NCBI RefSeq assembly: GCF_036365525.1
Contig: NC_090374.1
Coordinates: forward strand, 53,206,532-53,270,531
Length of the DNA stretch: 64,000 bases
Direction of reading: 5' to 3'
DNA from: Heterodontus francisci
Lineage: Eukaryota
The position numbers were made by a program, and so were the translations under genes. Each line of letters begins with the position of its first letter. Position 1 is the stretch's first letter. Of this stretch, positions 38,356 to 52,699 are shown piece after piece. The notes under the pieces were generated by a model. It saw nothing but the letters and a program-made list of their open reading frames with translations. It did no database searches and was not told where the DNA came from.

Positions 38356-39924
38356 CACCAACTTATAACACATATGAAACAAACATATAGTATGCCAGTG
38401 GAAATGGAAAAGCTGGACCCCCATTCTGAACCATTAAGTACTTCGCTTAATCAGAGTCACAAAAAGATTCAGGGAGGATTGGCTGATTTTCAAACAAAAC
38501 AAACCAACAAAAAATAATGAAAATAACTATTTATTAAAAATGTTTCAGGTATGGGTAAGCCAAAATAAAGATACCATACCTATTGGTCATGATAGCCATT
38601 CAGGTGAGGTAGAGATGCCACTTGTTGGTGTTCTCATACAGTGCTATTCAATACATAGCCACTTGCTACATGTAGCTAATTGGGAATTCAGATGTGATTA
38701 ACTGCATTTGAATTAATTAATAAAATAGACACCATGTGATCTGAATACTGAGATTCAAATGGTATACCTTTTACTGGTTACTGCTTATTTGTTATCTACT
38801 AACAGTGTGTAACATGGGTGAAGACACCAGACTTCTGCACCATGGAAACACCAGCACTGTATGGAGAGGGAATCTGTCATTGTGGTCAGCTTAAACAATC
38901 AGAATAACCACTCCAGACCAATAGAAGAAAGCACGCCCAACCAATAACAAGCAACCCCACCATGGTAAAACGCCAGCAATATCCAACTACGCTCTGGATG
39001 GGGAGCAGGAACAAGTCTGATGCATCTCATTTTGCGAGGCAGCATTTCTAAGCATTCTCTCTGATAAAGTTAAAGTTGTTTACACAACTGCTGGAAAAAA
39101 GCCTAAATGCTGCACTAAGATGTGCTGTGTCTGATAAATTCATGCTAGAACATTTGGTGAAAGAGAAAGGGGGCTAAATTGGGCTGTGTTGCGTCAACAA
39201 TATGGTGCCCTTTTTTTGGCGCTACATGGTCACAAAACTCGCAAATACGTTGCAAAATGCATATGGTTCTGACGACATCTTGGTAAAGATGTTTACACAT
39301 GTGTGCCTAACGACCACTGGCAACATGTAGGGCAGCGAGATGATGGCTCAAACCAGTATGCAAGGCAGATTTGAAGCCACAGCTGCCACTGTCAAACTTC
39401 ACACTGTAACCAACGCCCTGTCTTAATTCTCGCACAAATGAACAGAATGTTACATGGAATGAAGAACACCATCCTACCACTCCCACCCACTGCTACATCT
39501 AACACCCTACCACCAAACCAGCAGCCCTGGAAATTGAACATGACTGGGAGAATGAAGAGACACCAAAAAGAGCAGAACAAGCTGCTAGAAGAGGAAGGGG
39601 GAGAAGGAGACTCAGCAGGAGGCCATATCTGCCAAGGGTCTTCAGGGAGCAACCTCGACTTCAGCAAGGACCAATGTACGAGATGTCTACAATCACAATT
39701 ACAGTCTCAAATAGGGCAAGAACAACATTGTCTCTAGCTTTCAAGGTGAATGTGGCTCTTAATTTTTATGCTTCTGTCTACTTTCAGGCTTCTCGTGTCA
39801 GACATATAAGCAAGAACTCACAGTATCCAGTGTATAAGGGAAGTCACTGAGGCTCCCTAGACAAGGAAAAACATATTTATCTCATTCCAACTTACCAGAG
39901 ACAAACAAGGGGAGCAAGCACAAG

Positions 39925-40533
39925 GGGCATGATTTTGTCCTATGGGTCAGGACCCCGCGTCAGGGCCAAATGGGGGTCAGAATCCCACACTGTAGGTGAA
40001 GCTGTCACCCAGTAGTGCCCTTCCCCTAATTGGACAATTAGTGGCTAGAAGGCGGCACAGTGGTTAGCACCGCAGCCTCACAGCTCCCGGGACCCGGGTT
40101 CAATTCTGGGTACTGCCTGTGTGGAGTTTGCAAGTTCTCCCTGTGACTGCGTGGGTTTTCGCCAGGTGCTCCGGTTTCCTCCCACCGCCAAAGACTTGCA
40201 GGTGATAGGTAAATTGGCCGTTGTAAATTGCTCCTAGTGTAGGTAGGTGGTAGGGAATATGGGATTACTGTAGGGTTAGTATAATTGGGTGGTTGTTGGT
40301 CGGCACAGACTCGGTGGGCCGAAGGGCCTGTTTCAGTGCTGTATCTCTAAAATTAAAAAGGCAGGCTCGTCATTCATAGGAAACCCTCCAGCACTGAGGA
40401 AACAGTAGGCTGCCTTTTCAGCTAAGAGAGAAGGCACCTGATGGTGCCAGCATACCAACACACCGGCTGGCGGCGCATAATTTCACACCTGTCCGCCTCC
40501 GTGCACGCAAACACGGGCTTAAAAATCCAGCCC
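39925..40533. mobile_element. Harbinger MITE nested in the transposase, itself carrying a SINE
   Basis: TIRs gggcatgatttt / aaaatccagccc; TSD AAG. Confidence 0.8.
40051..40350 (+). mobile_element. HE1-like V-SINE
   Basis: Full head, V-domain and tail. Confidence 0.9.
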
Positions 40534-40689
40534 AAGGTTTCACACAGATTGCAGGCTTTCCCATGGTGAAAGGTGTCATTGACTGCATGTACATTGCCTT
40601 GTGTACTTCTCATCTGAACTCGATGATTTTCATGTGTAATGTGCAATGTAAATTTTTTTCATTATGATAATTCTATAACTATTTTTTTT

Positions 40690-40960
40690 AAGAGTCTTAA
40701 TGGCACAGAAGGAGGCCATTCAACTCATCAAGTCCATGCCTGCTCTCTGTACAGCAATCCAGTCAAGCCCAATCCCCTGCTCTAGCCCCGTAGCTCTGCA
40801 AGTTTATTTCACTCAAGTGCCTATCCAATTTCCTTTTGAAATCATTGATCATCTCCACATCCATCACCCTCATAGGCAATGAGTTCCAGGTCATTACTAC
40901 TCGCTGCCTAAAAAAGTATGTCCTCACATCGCCTCTGTATCTCTTGCCCAAAACCTTAAA
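40690..40960 (-). mobile_element. CR1 3' fragment
   Basis: YFFRQRVVMTWNSLP. Confidence 0.82.
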
Positions 40961-41261
40961 TATAATACTTTAAGTTTATGATATTTCAGCTTTTAATGTT
41001 TGTGTTCCAATCTTTATTTTGGTTCTCTGTAAAATTTATAAAAAGTGAAGGATAATCAGTGCATTCCTGGTTCACTGTGAGAATTCTTCTTCTTACCCTG
41101 TTTAATGACATCACTGCAGCTGGATACCTAGAGACCCCTTGACGCCAGATTCAAACCAACATCAGGAAAAGTAAAATCAATGCTGCAGAGACCGCTAGAT
41201 CTCTGTGGCCAGCTTTCTTTCAGGTCAGTGGCGAGCATCATTTGGCCCACAAAATCTGGGC

Positions 41262-43625
41262 CATTGTTAATGGTTCTTTTCCCTTCATCTGCCATCATCA
41301 ACACCTCCTCAAAAAAAACCCTTGACCCCTCCACCTTTGCAAACTACCACCCCATCTCCAATCTCCCTTTTTTCTCCAAAGTCCATAAACTTGCTGTCAC
41401 TTCCCAAATCTGAGAACATCTTACCCGGAACTCCATGTTTGAATCCCTACAATCAGGTTTCTACCCCTGCCACAGTACCAAAACGACTCTCATCAAGGTC
41501 ACAAATGACATGTGACTGTGATGAAGGTAAACTTTCCCTCCTCGTCCTTCTTGACTTGTCTGCAGCCTTTGCCATGGTTGACCACACCATCCTCCTCCAA
41601 CACCTCTTCAGCTGGGTGAGACTGCACTTGCCTGGTTCCATTCTTAATCTACCCAATTGTAGACAGAAAATCACCTGCAATGGCTTCTCTTCCTACTCCT
41701 GCATCATTACCTCTGCTATCCCCAAAGGATCTATTCTTGGCTTTCTTTTATTTCTCATCTACATGCAGCCCTTGCGAGACATCATCCAAAAACACAGGGC
41801 AGAATTTTAACTGCCAAGGGAGGGTGGGATCGGGTGCAGGCAGGGTGTTAAATCCTGGAAAAATGCCAGTAGATCGGAAACCCGCCGTGATCCCAACGAC
41901 CTCAGTTTTTACCAGAGCGCTTTTGGAGGTGAGCAGGAAACCCCATGCAGCTGTCGGGTTCTGTCACTTATATATGCAGACAAGCAATTAATTGTGGTTT
42001 TAACTCAGGATTCTGGCTTTAACAGACAGCACACAGGTTTCCTGAGCTGTGTGGAAGTCACCAGGGTCAACAAGGCAAGAGTACAGTGAGGAAGTCATTG
42101 ATCTGAAACAATGAAACTGTGTAGCTATTGGCCTGCCTGTGGGAAAGGCTTGTGCTCACAGCACTTATTCTGAGAGCCAGATTTCACTGCTTCACAGTTG
42201 ATTTCCAACTTTTTGTAAGTAATTTCACCAACCTTGGACTTTACTCAACTGATCTGAACTTCCCCGCTGTCAGCCTTCACTGCAACATGTGAGCAACTCA
42301 TACAGCTATAGCATGGACCTCTGATGAGGAACAGCAGGACCAACCACACCAACACCAATAGAATACTTCACCAAATGTGAGGCCATATGGTTGTTCCATA
42401 AACCAAGAGGGCCCCTACTCCCCCACACAAATAATTCCCAGTCAAAAATCCAGCCATAACATTCACATCTTTCCCAGTCTTCCAGCTTAGTCATACAATT
42501 CACCGAAAGGTTACTGTCCCTTTGGAATTCAATTGCAAAAAAGATGGCAGGAGAATGAAGAGCTCAAAAAAGTGTTTCTTTCATTTAAATAAGCATTTAC
42601 TTACTGCCATGAACAGTGTTACACACACCCAAATGAATCTCCTTGTGCAATAAGTCTTTCTCATTACTGCCTATTACACCTACATGGTGCAATCCCTGTG
42701 GCTTCAATAGAGCTGGAGAACAGGCTGCTCATTCCCTGCTCTGACAGATGAGATGCCCATGACAGACATCCTCTGGGTTTTGGAGCCCGTGAAGGGCCCA
42801 CCAAAAACTGCCTCATCTGCTCCTGTATCGTTAGAATGCACCTCAGTCAACACGGAAGGAGGCAGCATGTGGGGCTCTGTTTGGGGTCAGGGGGAATGAG
42901 AAGTGTGAGCGTCATCAAGAAGAATGGAGATGGAGAATTGAGGAGGTGCCTCGAGAAAGAGGAATGAGTGGAGTTGCAAGGTGTGTTGTTCTGAGGAGTG
43001 CTGTGCAGGAGAATGTTGGGGAAGTCAGAGAGCACCTGAAAGTGTTAGGCTTCTCACCTTTCCCAACCTAATAAGGTCAATAAACCTTTTGCAACACTGG
43101 ATCCATGCCCTCGGAGCACACTCCTGCTGCTAAGAGCCTCAGAAACTTCCAGCCACACCTGTTTATTCTACATGGCTGGCCTCTTTGTCCATAGGGAATA
43201 GTACATCCCTTCAGGCCCTCACTGCCTCCAGCATCACCTCCAAGGAAGAGTCAGAGAACTGGGGGGCGCAGCCTTCCTAAATTTTCCTTCCATTTATCTT
43301 CAGCCTTCAGCAGCAATGTTGGATTCAGCTATTCTGACCTCTGCCAGGGTCCCTTTAAATAGAAAGCCCTTCCTTGACAGATGCAGGTCCTCATTGTGCC
43401 CACACTGTGATTGGTCAGGAAACCCAGAAGCGGGATGCTAATGCTATGGCTGAGTTAAACAGCCAAGGTAAAGCCTGCTGTTGAAACAAATGGGTTCCCG
43501 CCGGCTGTGAGCAGATCTGTTTCAAGAAAATTCCACTCAGTGTTAGTTTCCATGTGTTCGTTGACGACACCCAGTTCAACTCACCACAACCTCTCTCAAC
43601 CCATCCAATGACTCTAAATTGTCAA
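41262..43625 (+). mobile_element. L2 RT fragment split by a Harbinger derivative
   Basis: LLDLSAAFAMVDH, IPKGSILG; resumes at 43541 with DDTQ. Confidence 0.8.
41798..43537. mobile_element. Internally deleted Harbinger element with Myb/SANT remnant on -
   Basis: TIRs ggcagaatttt / aaaattccact flanked by cag; AAPQFSDSSLEVMLEAV at ~43200-43270. Confidence 0.7.
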
Positions 43626-44469
43626 ACAAATCAGAACTGAAGAGGTAGTGGAAGTATGAACAGAATATGAGGAAAACCAGTACAAAACTAATGGGGAACT
43701 ACTAAACATTTATGATAATACCAATCCTGAAGGACTATTTGAGAAGAATCTACCAAGAATGATTTTTTTATAATCTAAAATCTTTTAGAATTTATTTTCA
43801 ACCAAAAGAATGCTCACCATGAGCAATGCAAACTTGGAAAATAGGCCCTTCAGTTTATTAAATATAAACTGCATCGAATTATCTTGTGTATAACAAATAC
43901 TTCCCATGTCATATTTATGTCCAATTCCACTTAAAACATTATACTTCAGCATATTATCTGACCTGCAATGAGCAATACCACAGACGATAAACAAATAAAT
44001 AAATACATACATACATGTTTTACCTGACATTATGTGCTATTCCAATGCTGTAATGCAATGCAACAGTAGGACAACTATTAATCTTTGGTTCATGCAAAAC
44101 TACATGGGCAACTTGACTTGAAGGCACTGCTGATAGACTATTAAGAGAAAATATGGTTCTTTAAAAAGCCAACAAAAAAGCTGCATTATGCACTGTGGAG
44201 AAGTTTAAAATAGTTTTAAGTTATTCAAATATCATACCATCTTTTCACAATAATATCAGATGGATTCTTGATTCAATTACTTGCAGTACTCCACGGACTG
44301 TAAAATTATTTGTCCCACTGCATGCAGATTTGTAGATTGGGTACTGACACGTGGAAGGGTTGTAATTTGTTAAGGTAATGTGTCCCTGTATTTGTAGCAC
44401 TGGTCTCACTTTGTCTGGTATAGTACGAGATGTAGAGTATAGCTTCGTCTATGCTTTTCCAATAACAAA

Positions 44470-44780
44470 CAATAACAATTTGCATTTACATAGCACCTTT
44501 AACTTGGTAAAATGTCCCAAGGCATTTCACAGGAGCATTATCAAACAAAATTTGACACCGAGCTACTTAAGGGGATATTAACGCAGATGACCAAAATCTT
44601 GGTCAAAGAGATAGGTTACAGGGAGTGTCTTAAAGGAGGAAAGAGATGTAGCAAGACAGAGAGGCTTAGGAAGGGAATTCCAGAGCATGGGGACTTAGGG
44701 AGCTGACGTTTAGGCGCCAATGATGGAGCGATTAACATCAGGGATGTGCAAGAGGCCAGATTTGGAGGAGTGCAGCTATT
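44470..44780 (-). mobile_element. L2 3' fragment
   Basis: Same tail as 35575. Confidence 0.75.
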
Positions 44781-45982
44781 TTGTCTTAGTATCAAAATCA
44801 GAAGAGTAACCTTGTGTGAGGTGGGTGCAGGAAGAGAGTAGGGGAGGAAGGGGAAGGGGGAAAGAGAGAGAAAGGGAGAGAGAGAGAAAAAAACAGAGAG
44901 ACAGAAATAGAAAGAATGGAAGAGAGAAAGAGAAATAAATGTATATTATATACGTATCTTCTATCTGTCTGGGCTGGTTCCAATTTTAGAATAAGAGTCT
45001 TTAAATAATACTGCATTCCATCAGTCTTACTGATGGCATTAAATAATAGTTTTCATTCATCTTTGAAAAACTGGTGTTTACAGTCAAAATGAACTAAAAT
45101 CTATAGCCATTTGCAAAAATTCTGATTATTATTAAGAACACTATACAAACACAGTCAGCTTTTCCTCAAGACTATCATGAATCAAAACGTAGTGTGGGTT
45201 CAAAGTTGATGGAAACTAAAACTTTTGCAATTAAATCTGAGTGATGTCACTGAAAGGTACAGGCAGTGCTTCAATAATTTTCATGGTTCACTGACTGTTC
45301 TCTCTCTCTTCTATCTCAGTAGGGACATTAACATTAAACTGATTACATTACAGTGAATTGTTACTTAAAGAGGGGTCAATCATATTCCCAACCACTTTCT
45401 CAGTTTATAAATTAATGTTGTAAGTTGTGTCCCTAATAATGTTAAACAATAAATAGTGCAACAAAATGTGTTTCACTGTGTGTTCTTTGCTTTAGTTTTA
45501 AGAAATATTAACAGATATTCTGGTGAAAACTGGTTAAATATTTACTTTGGTTGCAGAATATTCAAGTTAATTATAATCTTGAATTATGCTGTTCTAGATA
45601 GGCTATAAAAGACAGTGATATCTGTAAATCATAGGAAAATTGGTGTACAGTTGTAGCTGTTCACACTAATAGAGTAAAAAAAAAAGTTGTTTGAAGCTTT
45701 AAATTTACAGCCGTCATGGTTGTGTCTACAATAAAGCCTTTTACTCTTTAAAACTATGCAGTGGAATAAAGTTAATTTGTCAAGTGGGTGTTTAATATAC
45801 TTAAGCTGCCCAGGTTGAATCTTTAATACATAATTCTACACTGGATACCAACATCAGAATTCCCACCCCCACCTCTCCAAAAAAAAATACTTCCAGGCTA
45901 AACTCGGAGATGAAAACATACACAGTAAGAGAACTTGAGGAGAGGTATTTACCTGAAATTCTGTCTATTCACAGAAAAAATC

Positions 45983-46620
45983 TGGAGCAGGATATTCGTG
46001 GGCCGACAGGCACAGGAAAAGAGGTGGACGGGCGCATAATTTCGCACTGCCGCAAGCCCCAAGCCATTTTGGGGAAGGCCAGGTTGGGGGAGGAACAGTT
46101 ACCTGCTCGCAAGCAGCAGGTAGCTAGTTCAGCTCATTAAGGGACCAATTAAGGCCATGGATCAGAAGCTGAATGGAATTTTCCAGCGGCCTGTGGGCCC
46201 CCCGCAGCATCGGCATCATGGCACTGCCTGGAGGTAACCTCCTGGTGCCAGATGGTGGAGCACTCCAGGGAGACTTCCAGGCATCCCCCACCCCTCCCCA
46301 CCACTTACCTGGCCACAGCTGTGGCCAAAGGCTGCCCTATGAAGGGGTTTCCCCTCCACAATGGTGGCCAGGCATCTGTGGCCATTTTTTAGTTCAAATA
46401 TGTAAAAAGGTTCTGAGAGCGTGCCTCAATATGGAGTGCCCTCTCTCTCTGCAACAAGGCCTACTATTGGATCTTCAGCCTCAAGAGCTCACCAGCCATC
46501 CTTAATTTGATAGTGAGTGCGCCCTCTGGCTACTAATTGGCCAATCAAGGCAAAATTTAGGTTGGGTGACTGTACCCAAAATAGTGCGGGGTCAAGACCT
46601 GCATCTGCCCCCAACGAGTG
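45983..46620. mobile_element. Degenerate Harbinger-type MITE
   Basis: GC-rich, with ccaattaaggcc / ttaattggcc subterminal motifs shared with 3247-4002; ends unclear. Confidence 0.45.
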
Positions 46621-46853
46621 GTTCCTGAACCAAAATGTCACAGCAACCTGCAAAGCATTCAGAATGGTACACAGATTTATTAATATCCAGGCACCTGGGT
46701 TCAGGCATCTGAAACAATACATTAGCAAGCACACCAAAGTACTAGAAATAAGTGACATGCATCACTGAGCTATTAAGCAACATCATAATTTCATCAGGAA
46801 ATCCCAGCATGGTGAGTACTTGTCACATTCCACAGGTAGCCATCAGACTGACA

Positions 46854-47614
46854 GGGCTGGATTTTACGGAGCCGGCAGGGGTCCCGACGCCGAGCCCAAA
46901 ATTCGAAGAGAACGCCCCCCCGCCCCCACCCCCCCCCCCCCCCCCCCCACCCCCCCACCCCCCCACCCCCACCTCAACCTTTTTGAGATCTCCCCGGCTC
47001 TATTTAATAGCGCTTGGGCAATTAACTGCCCAGTGCTAGGGTCCCTGTCTTTTAAGGATGGGGATCCTGTCTTCAAGAGCTGCCGGGCAATCAGAGGGTC
47101 ACTGCATTGCCCTCTGCCAGTACTACAAGAGGCCCAGGACCAGGACTGGAGCTCGAGCCCCGAACTCCAGGTAAGTGTGGCAGGCTCACTGGGGCCAGTC
47201 TAGCAGGTCCCAGCAAAGAGACGGGTAGGTGAGGGTGGTCATTGAGGGTAAGGGCGAGTGTTAGTGGAGGGGCGGCCTTTGCTGCTGGGGGCTCTCCATG
47301 GGCCACAGATTACCCAAGGAGGAGGCCTCCCCCACACCTCCCAAGCCCACATCCTTGTTCTACTGGGTGACCTCCCCACGTGAGGGCTACCAACAGCCAC
47401 TGGTAAAATACCAGCAGCGATTGGAAGAGGCCCTTAAGTGGCCATTAATTGGCCTCTGGGTGGGAAGGCTGTCTTCGGCCTTCCCCGCACCGGACTAAAT
47501 TCCAAGGCATTGGGAAGGTGAACAACACTCCATCCCCCACTTTCCCATGCAATTTTATGCTCCTGCCCTCCACTGCCTCCGTTCTCATCCTAGGGGGCTG
47601 ATAAAATTCAGCCC
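46854..47614. mobile_element. Harbinger MITE, related to 3247-4002 in opposite orientation
   Basis: TIRs gggctggatttt / aaaattcagccc; shared internal tttaaggatggggatcctgtc motif. Confidence 0.78.
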
Positions 47615-49559
47615 GATTTTGGAGCTGGCTGTTCCAGATTCAAGTAAGATGCCTCAGTGTTACAGATAAACTTCTGCAAATGCATAAAGCTGCATTTCAA
47701 AGCGCTTGTGGTACAAGGATCAGATATTTTCTCATATACCATTTCTTTATGGTTATAACCTGGCTTCAATGGGCATATATCTAATTTGTTACTCTGCAGA
47801 TAAGAATGATTACAAATTTTTGAGAACGAGTGTAATTAGTAGGGATCAGGAGCTACCTCTTTCCAATAAGTGTTAGATTATTATTTGGATGATCTGAAAA
47901 TAAAGCTTTGCAAGGAACCCAACTGATCAGTTTGTCTTTTAACATTTCTATGAAGTGGTTCAAAGCTGCTGCATCTTTCAAATGGATTTCAATGATTGTT
48001 CTTCCTGCAGATTCCGGTAAATAAACCCATTTGGTAGTTTATGCTGCTACAAAAGTGTATGGCATGAGCGATATTATTGGTCTTCTGAGAAGGGCACATA
48101 GTGTAAATTCTGTATGAAATCCAGAAAACAATAGATTTATTGTTCATTATCCCAGATTATCTTTATATACAAGATCTTCCTTCAGTTGATAAAAGGGCCA
48201 GATTTACCTATGACAGCTGGCTTTTATATTCAGCATGAGGAAAAGCATTATAATAGTCCAGTTAAAATCTATCACTCCAGAAAGCAGCTGGCTGTTTATT
48301 CCATAGAACTGACCTGGTGGTCTGAAATGGTATTAAGCAATTCAAAATGTCTACAGACCTGAGATTATAAACAGGACAGGGCCAGAGCCAAATGGTTATC
48401 GACAGTCATGGAAGACACGTGGACAAGAGAAGGAAAGCAACAGCAGCAAAAGTCACACTGAAGTATCCTGACATAAATAGGATAATCAAGTGCTCACCAC
48501 AGTTAAATCAGTGACCACTGATTTAGAGGAAGCAGAATCAGACTAAATGTGGAGGTGGAAATCGTTACTGGGATTCAGAGAAGGGATATTCCCCCCAATG
48601 AATATTAGAGTACTATTCAAGACCAAGAAAGAAAATCTCCTAACTGTTTATCTTTGGAGTCCGAAGTAAGGACACATGACATCTCAAGCATTGGGGAGGT
48701 GGTGAGGGCGAAGAATGCGCAGAACTGTGTATTATAGCAGAACCATAGAGATTTACAGCACAAAGGGAGACCACTCATAGCCTTTGTGTTTGTGCTGATA
48801 TTATTGTAGTTGGATGAAATATTAAAAACTTTTTAAAATCTGATCTGTATTTACTTCAGTAACAGCATGTTCTAGTTAATTATAATTTAAATTTAGTTAT
48901 TCCAGATGATCAACTGAAGTGACTCATGTCAGTGTGTCTGTTTATAAAATGGCTATACCACCAGAGCTGTAATAACATCTCGCTGTATCAACATTTTAAA
49001 AAAAAAATTAGGCTACTTTCAAAACTTGATTAGATTGACTGCATAACTAGGTTTGACACTATTGTTCTCCAATACAGTAAAAACATTGTTTAAAAAGTAA
49101 CAAAATATCAATTGAACTATAAAATAACCTTATCAATGCAAAAACATTTAAATAAGTTAAACAAGTGAAATTGTTAACAAAACCAACAATCTCTGAAACA
49201 AAGCAATCAAATCATACAAGCAATATTCAATCATGGGTCAGGGTAGAATCATATCATAGGATTTACAATAAAGAAGGCACATCATATCTGTGTTGGCTCT
49301 CAGAAAGAGCTATTTACTTAGTCTCATTGCCTTGCCCTTTCCTGCATCTTTGTAATTGTTATTCCTTTTACGAGTATTTATTCATTTCCCTTTTAAAGGC
49401 CATTGTAAATTCTGCTTCAAATATTGTTTTGATAGGTCAATCCATGTTCGAACAACCATCAGTGTAAAAATATTTCTCCTAATCTCTCATATAAGCTAAG
49501 TTAATATTTAGTCCATTTTCTACATTCCTAACAATTTATTTTCAAATGTTGACAGAAGC

Positions 49560-50095
49560 ATCACTCAATGCAATTTCACAGAATTGATTATATAGGAAGG
49601 ATACACTGGGCTTGAAGGGGATATGGCACAGGTTCACCAGAATGATATCAGGGCTGAAAGGCTTAAATTATGAGAATTAGTTGCATAAACTTGCCTTGTA
49701 TTCCTTTGAGTATAGAAGACTGAGGAGTGATCTCATTAAGGTATTTAAAATAAAAGGATGCAATAAGGTAGATACAGAGCAACAGAGAATCCAGAATGAG
49801 GAGGTATGCATAATCTTAAAATTAGAACCAGGCCATTTAGGAGTGAAATCAGGAAGCACTGCTTCATACAAAGAGTAAAAATGTAGAAATCTTCCCCTAA
49901 AACACTGGATGTTCGGTCAATTTAAACTTTCAATACTCAGATTGATATATTTTAGTTAGGTATGGGTGCCAAGAGATATAGAATAAAGGCAGGTATATAG
50001 ATTTGTAGTACTAATTAGCCAAGGTCTAATTAAATGGCAAAATAGGCTCGAAGGGCTGGATGGCCTACTCCAATTTCTATGTTGCTATGTTCCCT
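49560..50095 (+). mobile_element. Old CR1 3' fragment
   Basis: LYSFEYRRLRSDLIKVFKI; 3' stem-loop. Confidence 0.8.
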
Positions 50096-52472
50096 TGATA
50101 CATCATTTATGCAGCTTATCAATCTGAACACAGATAACAAACTCACCTACAAGTTTTACTGTCGAGTCCACTTGCCTAAATGTGGTATCACAACAAGATG
50201 TGTGGAAGGCTCTAATTCTAGGCATATGCAATAGTAAATATAAGTGAACAATGGAAAGCTTGGTGCTAAAAAGGTGACACCAACAAATTTGTAACTGTGG
50301 TTATATTGAAGACAAGTTCTCCTTTCCTGAAGATACTGATTCACACTTGGTACAGTTCCATTAGTGCCAACTGCCTTTGAATACGTCAATCAAACAGGCA
50401 TTCTTCATAGGTGACCCGAGACAGTGAACTATCACCCACTATTCCCATAACCATCGATACATCAGAGACACTGGGGCAAAAAATTGGCGCGCCTTCTCCT
50501 TTCCATTCCAGGAGTATGGAGGCTATTGCTGCTCTGCCAAGATACAACAGCTCTGCAGAGACTGAGGATCAAACATGGGATGCTCTTGGTTTGCTTCACT
50601 TACAACACCACCAATTCCAACATTTACTCACTGACTATCAAACAATCTATTATTTGAGACCTTAATTCTTAAGAGCAACTCTCAAAAAAAAATTATTTTC
50701 CATTCATGGGATGCGGGTGTCACTGGCAAGGCCAGCATGTATTGCCCATCCCCAATTGCCCTCGAGAAGGTGGTGGTGAGCCGCCACCTTAAATGACTGC
50801 AGACTGTGTGTTATAGGTACACCCACAGTGCTGTTGGGAGGGAGTTCCAGGATTCTGACCCAGTGGCATTGAAGGAATGGCGATATATTTCCAAGTAAGG
50901 ATGGTGTGTGGCTTAGTGGGGAAATTGGAAGTGGTGGTGTTCCAATGTACTTGCTGCCCTTGTCCTTCTACTTGGTAGAGGTCAAGGTTTTGGGACGTAC
51001 TGTTGAAGAAGCCTTAGCATCTTGTAGATGGTACGTGCTGCTCCCACTATGAACTGGTGGTGGAGGGAATGAATGTTTAACATAGTGGGTGGGGTGTCAA
51101 TCAAGCAGGTTGCTTTGTCTTGGATCATGTTGAGCTTCTCAAAAGGTTTTTGGAGTTGCACTCATTCAGGCAAGTGGAGAGCATTCCATCACACTCCTGA
51201 ATCGTGCCTTGTAGCTGATGGAAAGGCTTTGTGGAGTCAGGAGGAGAGTCATTTACCATAGAATACTCAGCCATAGTATTTATATGGCTGGTCCAGTTAA
51301 GTTTCTGGTCAATGGTCAACTCCAGGATGTTGAATGTGGGGGATTCAGGGATGGTAATGCTGTTAAGTGTCAAGGGGCAATGGTTAGATTCTCTCTTATT
51401 GGAGATGGTCATTGCCTGGCACTTCTATGGTGTGAATATTCCTTGCCATTTATCAGCCCAAGCCTAAATGTTCTGCTGCATGCAGACATAGACTGTTTCA
51501 GAATCTGAGGAGTGCAATCATCATCGAACCTCCCAACTTCGGACCTTATGAAGGCAGGTCATTGGTGAAGCAGTTGAAAATGGTTAGGCCTAGGACACTG
51601 CTCTATGGAACTTCTGCAGCATTGTCCTGGGACAGAGATAACTGGCCTCCAACAATCAAAACCATCTTCCCTTGTGCTAGTTATGCCACCAGCTAGTAGA
51701 GAGCTTTCCCCACCGATTACTCCTGATTTCAATTTTACTAGAGCTCCTTGACACTCGGTCAAATGCTGCCTTGACGTCGAGAGCAGTCATCCTCACCTTA
51801 CCTTTGGAATACAGCTCGTTTATCCACGTTAGCTGTAATGAGGTCTGGAGCAGAGTGGCCCTGACAGAACCCAAACAAGAGCATCAATGAGAAGGTTATT
51901 AATGAGTTAATGTCGACAACACCTGGTCACTTTGATAATGAATGAAAGTAGACTGATGGGGCAGTAATTGGTCATATTCGATTTCCTCTACTCTTTGTAG
52001 ATAGGGCATAGCTGGGTAATTTTCCACTTAGTCAGGTAGATGCCTGTACTGTAGCTGTACTGAGCAACTTGGCTCAAGGTGCGGTTACTTCTGCAGCACA
52101 AGTTTTCAGCACCACATCTGGGATCTTGTTGAAACCCATAGCCTTTGCTGTATCCAGTGTGCTCAGCCATTTCTTGGTATCATGTGAGGTAAATCAAATT
52201 TTCTGAAGACTCATTTCTGTGATGATGGAGAACTCAGGAGGAAGCTGAGTCAACCGGTCAGTACTGAAGGCTAAAGATAGTTGAAAAAAAATTCTGCCTT
52301 GTCTTTTGCACTCGCGAGCTGGGCTCTGCCATCATTGATGATAGGGATGTTAGTTGATTAATTGCCTTCCACCATTCATGACTGGATGTGGCAGGACTGC
52401 AGAGGTTTGATCTGATTCGTTGGTTGTGGGATTGCTTAGCTCTGTATGTGGTATGTTGTTTCAGCTGCTTAG

Positions 52473-52686
52473 TCTAGTAGATTGTACATAAGCTGTTGCT
52501 GGGTAGATTATGTATACAGACCTTAAGCATTATCACAGGATGTGATGTCATGAGTCTGTACCTCGCGCTATTCAGTATTCATGTAGGTACCCTAGTAAGA
52601 AGACCCCTGTAAATAAACTCCTGTTACTTTGACCCAGAGTCTATTTTCCTCATTCAATGCTAATAGCACATTGACAAGATAGTACA
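52473..52686 (+). repeat. 5' LTR
   Basis: Direct repeat of 54962-55174 (about 28 mismatches and 1 indel in 214 bp, manual count); AATAAA at 52612; ends CA. Confidence 0.92.
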
Positions 52687-52699
52687 TGGTGGCAGCAGT
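52687..52699 (+). promoter_or_regulatory. Primer binding site, tRNA-Leu-like
   Basis: TGGTGGCAGCAGT vs TGGTGGCAGCGGT, the complement of the tRNA-Leu 3' end. Confidence 0.7.

Larger units (their letters stand above)
39170..40640 (+). mobile_element. Harbinger element left end and transposase remnant
   Basis: KVNVALNFYAS..FQ, GFTQIAGFPMVKGVIDCMYIA. Confidence 0.75.

Noticed and set aside
38768-39090. Exon-like hydrophobic segment on - strand
   Set aside because: Stops in all frames from the best acceptor; no recognisable product.
44237-44345. In-frame TGA as possible selenocysteine exon
   Set aside because: No selenoprotein motif or SECIS seen; splice assignment ambiguous.
46752-47203. Polyproline ORFs
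   Set aside because: Arise from a poly-C tract inside a MITE.
50147-50218. IRAFHTSCC...RQVDSTVKLVG resembling the ATP synthase subunit c presequence junction
   Set aside because: No GAGAATVG or ARNP segment nearby and the phase does not fit neighbouring exons; likely chance.
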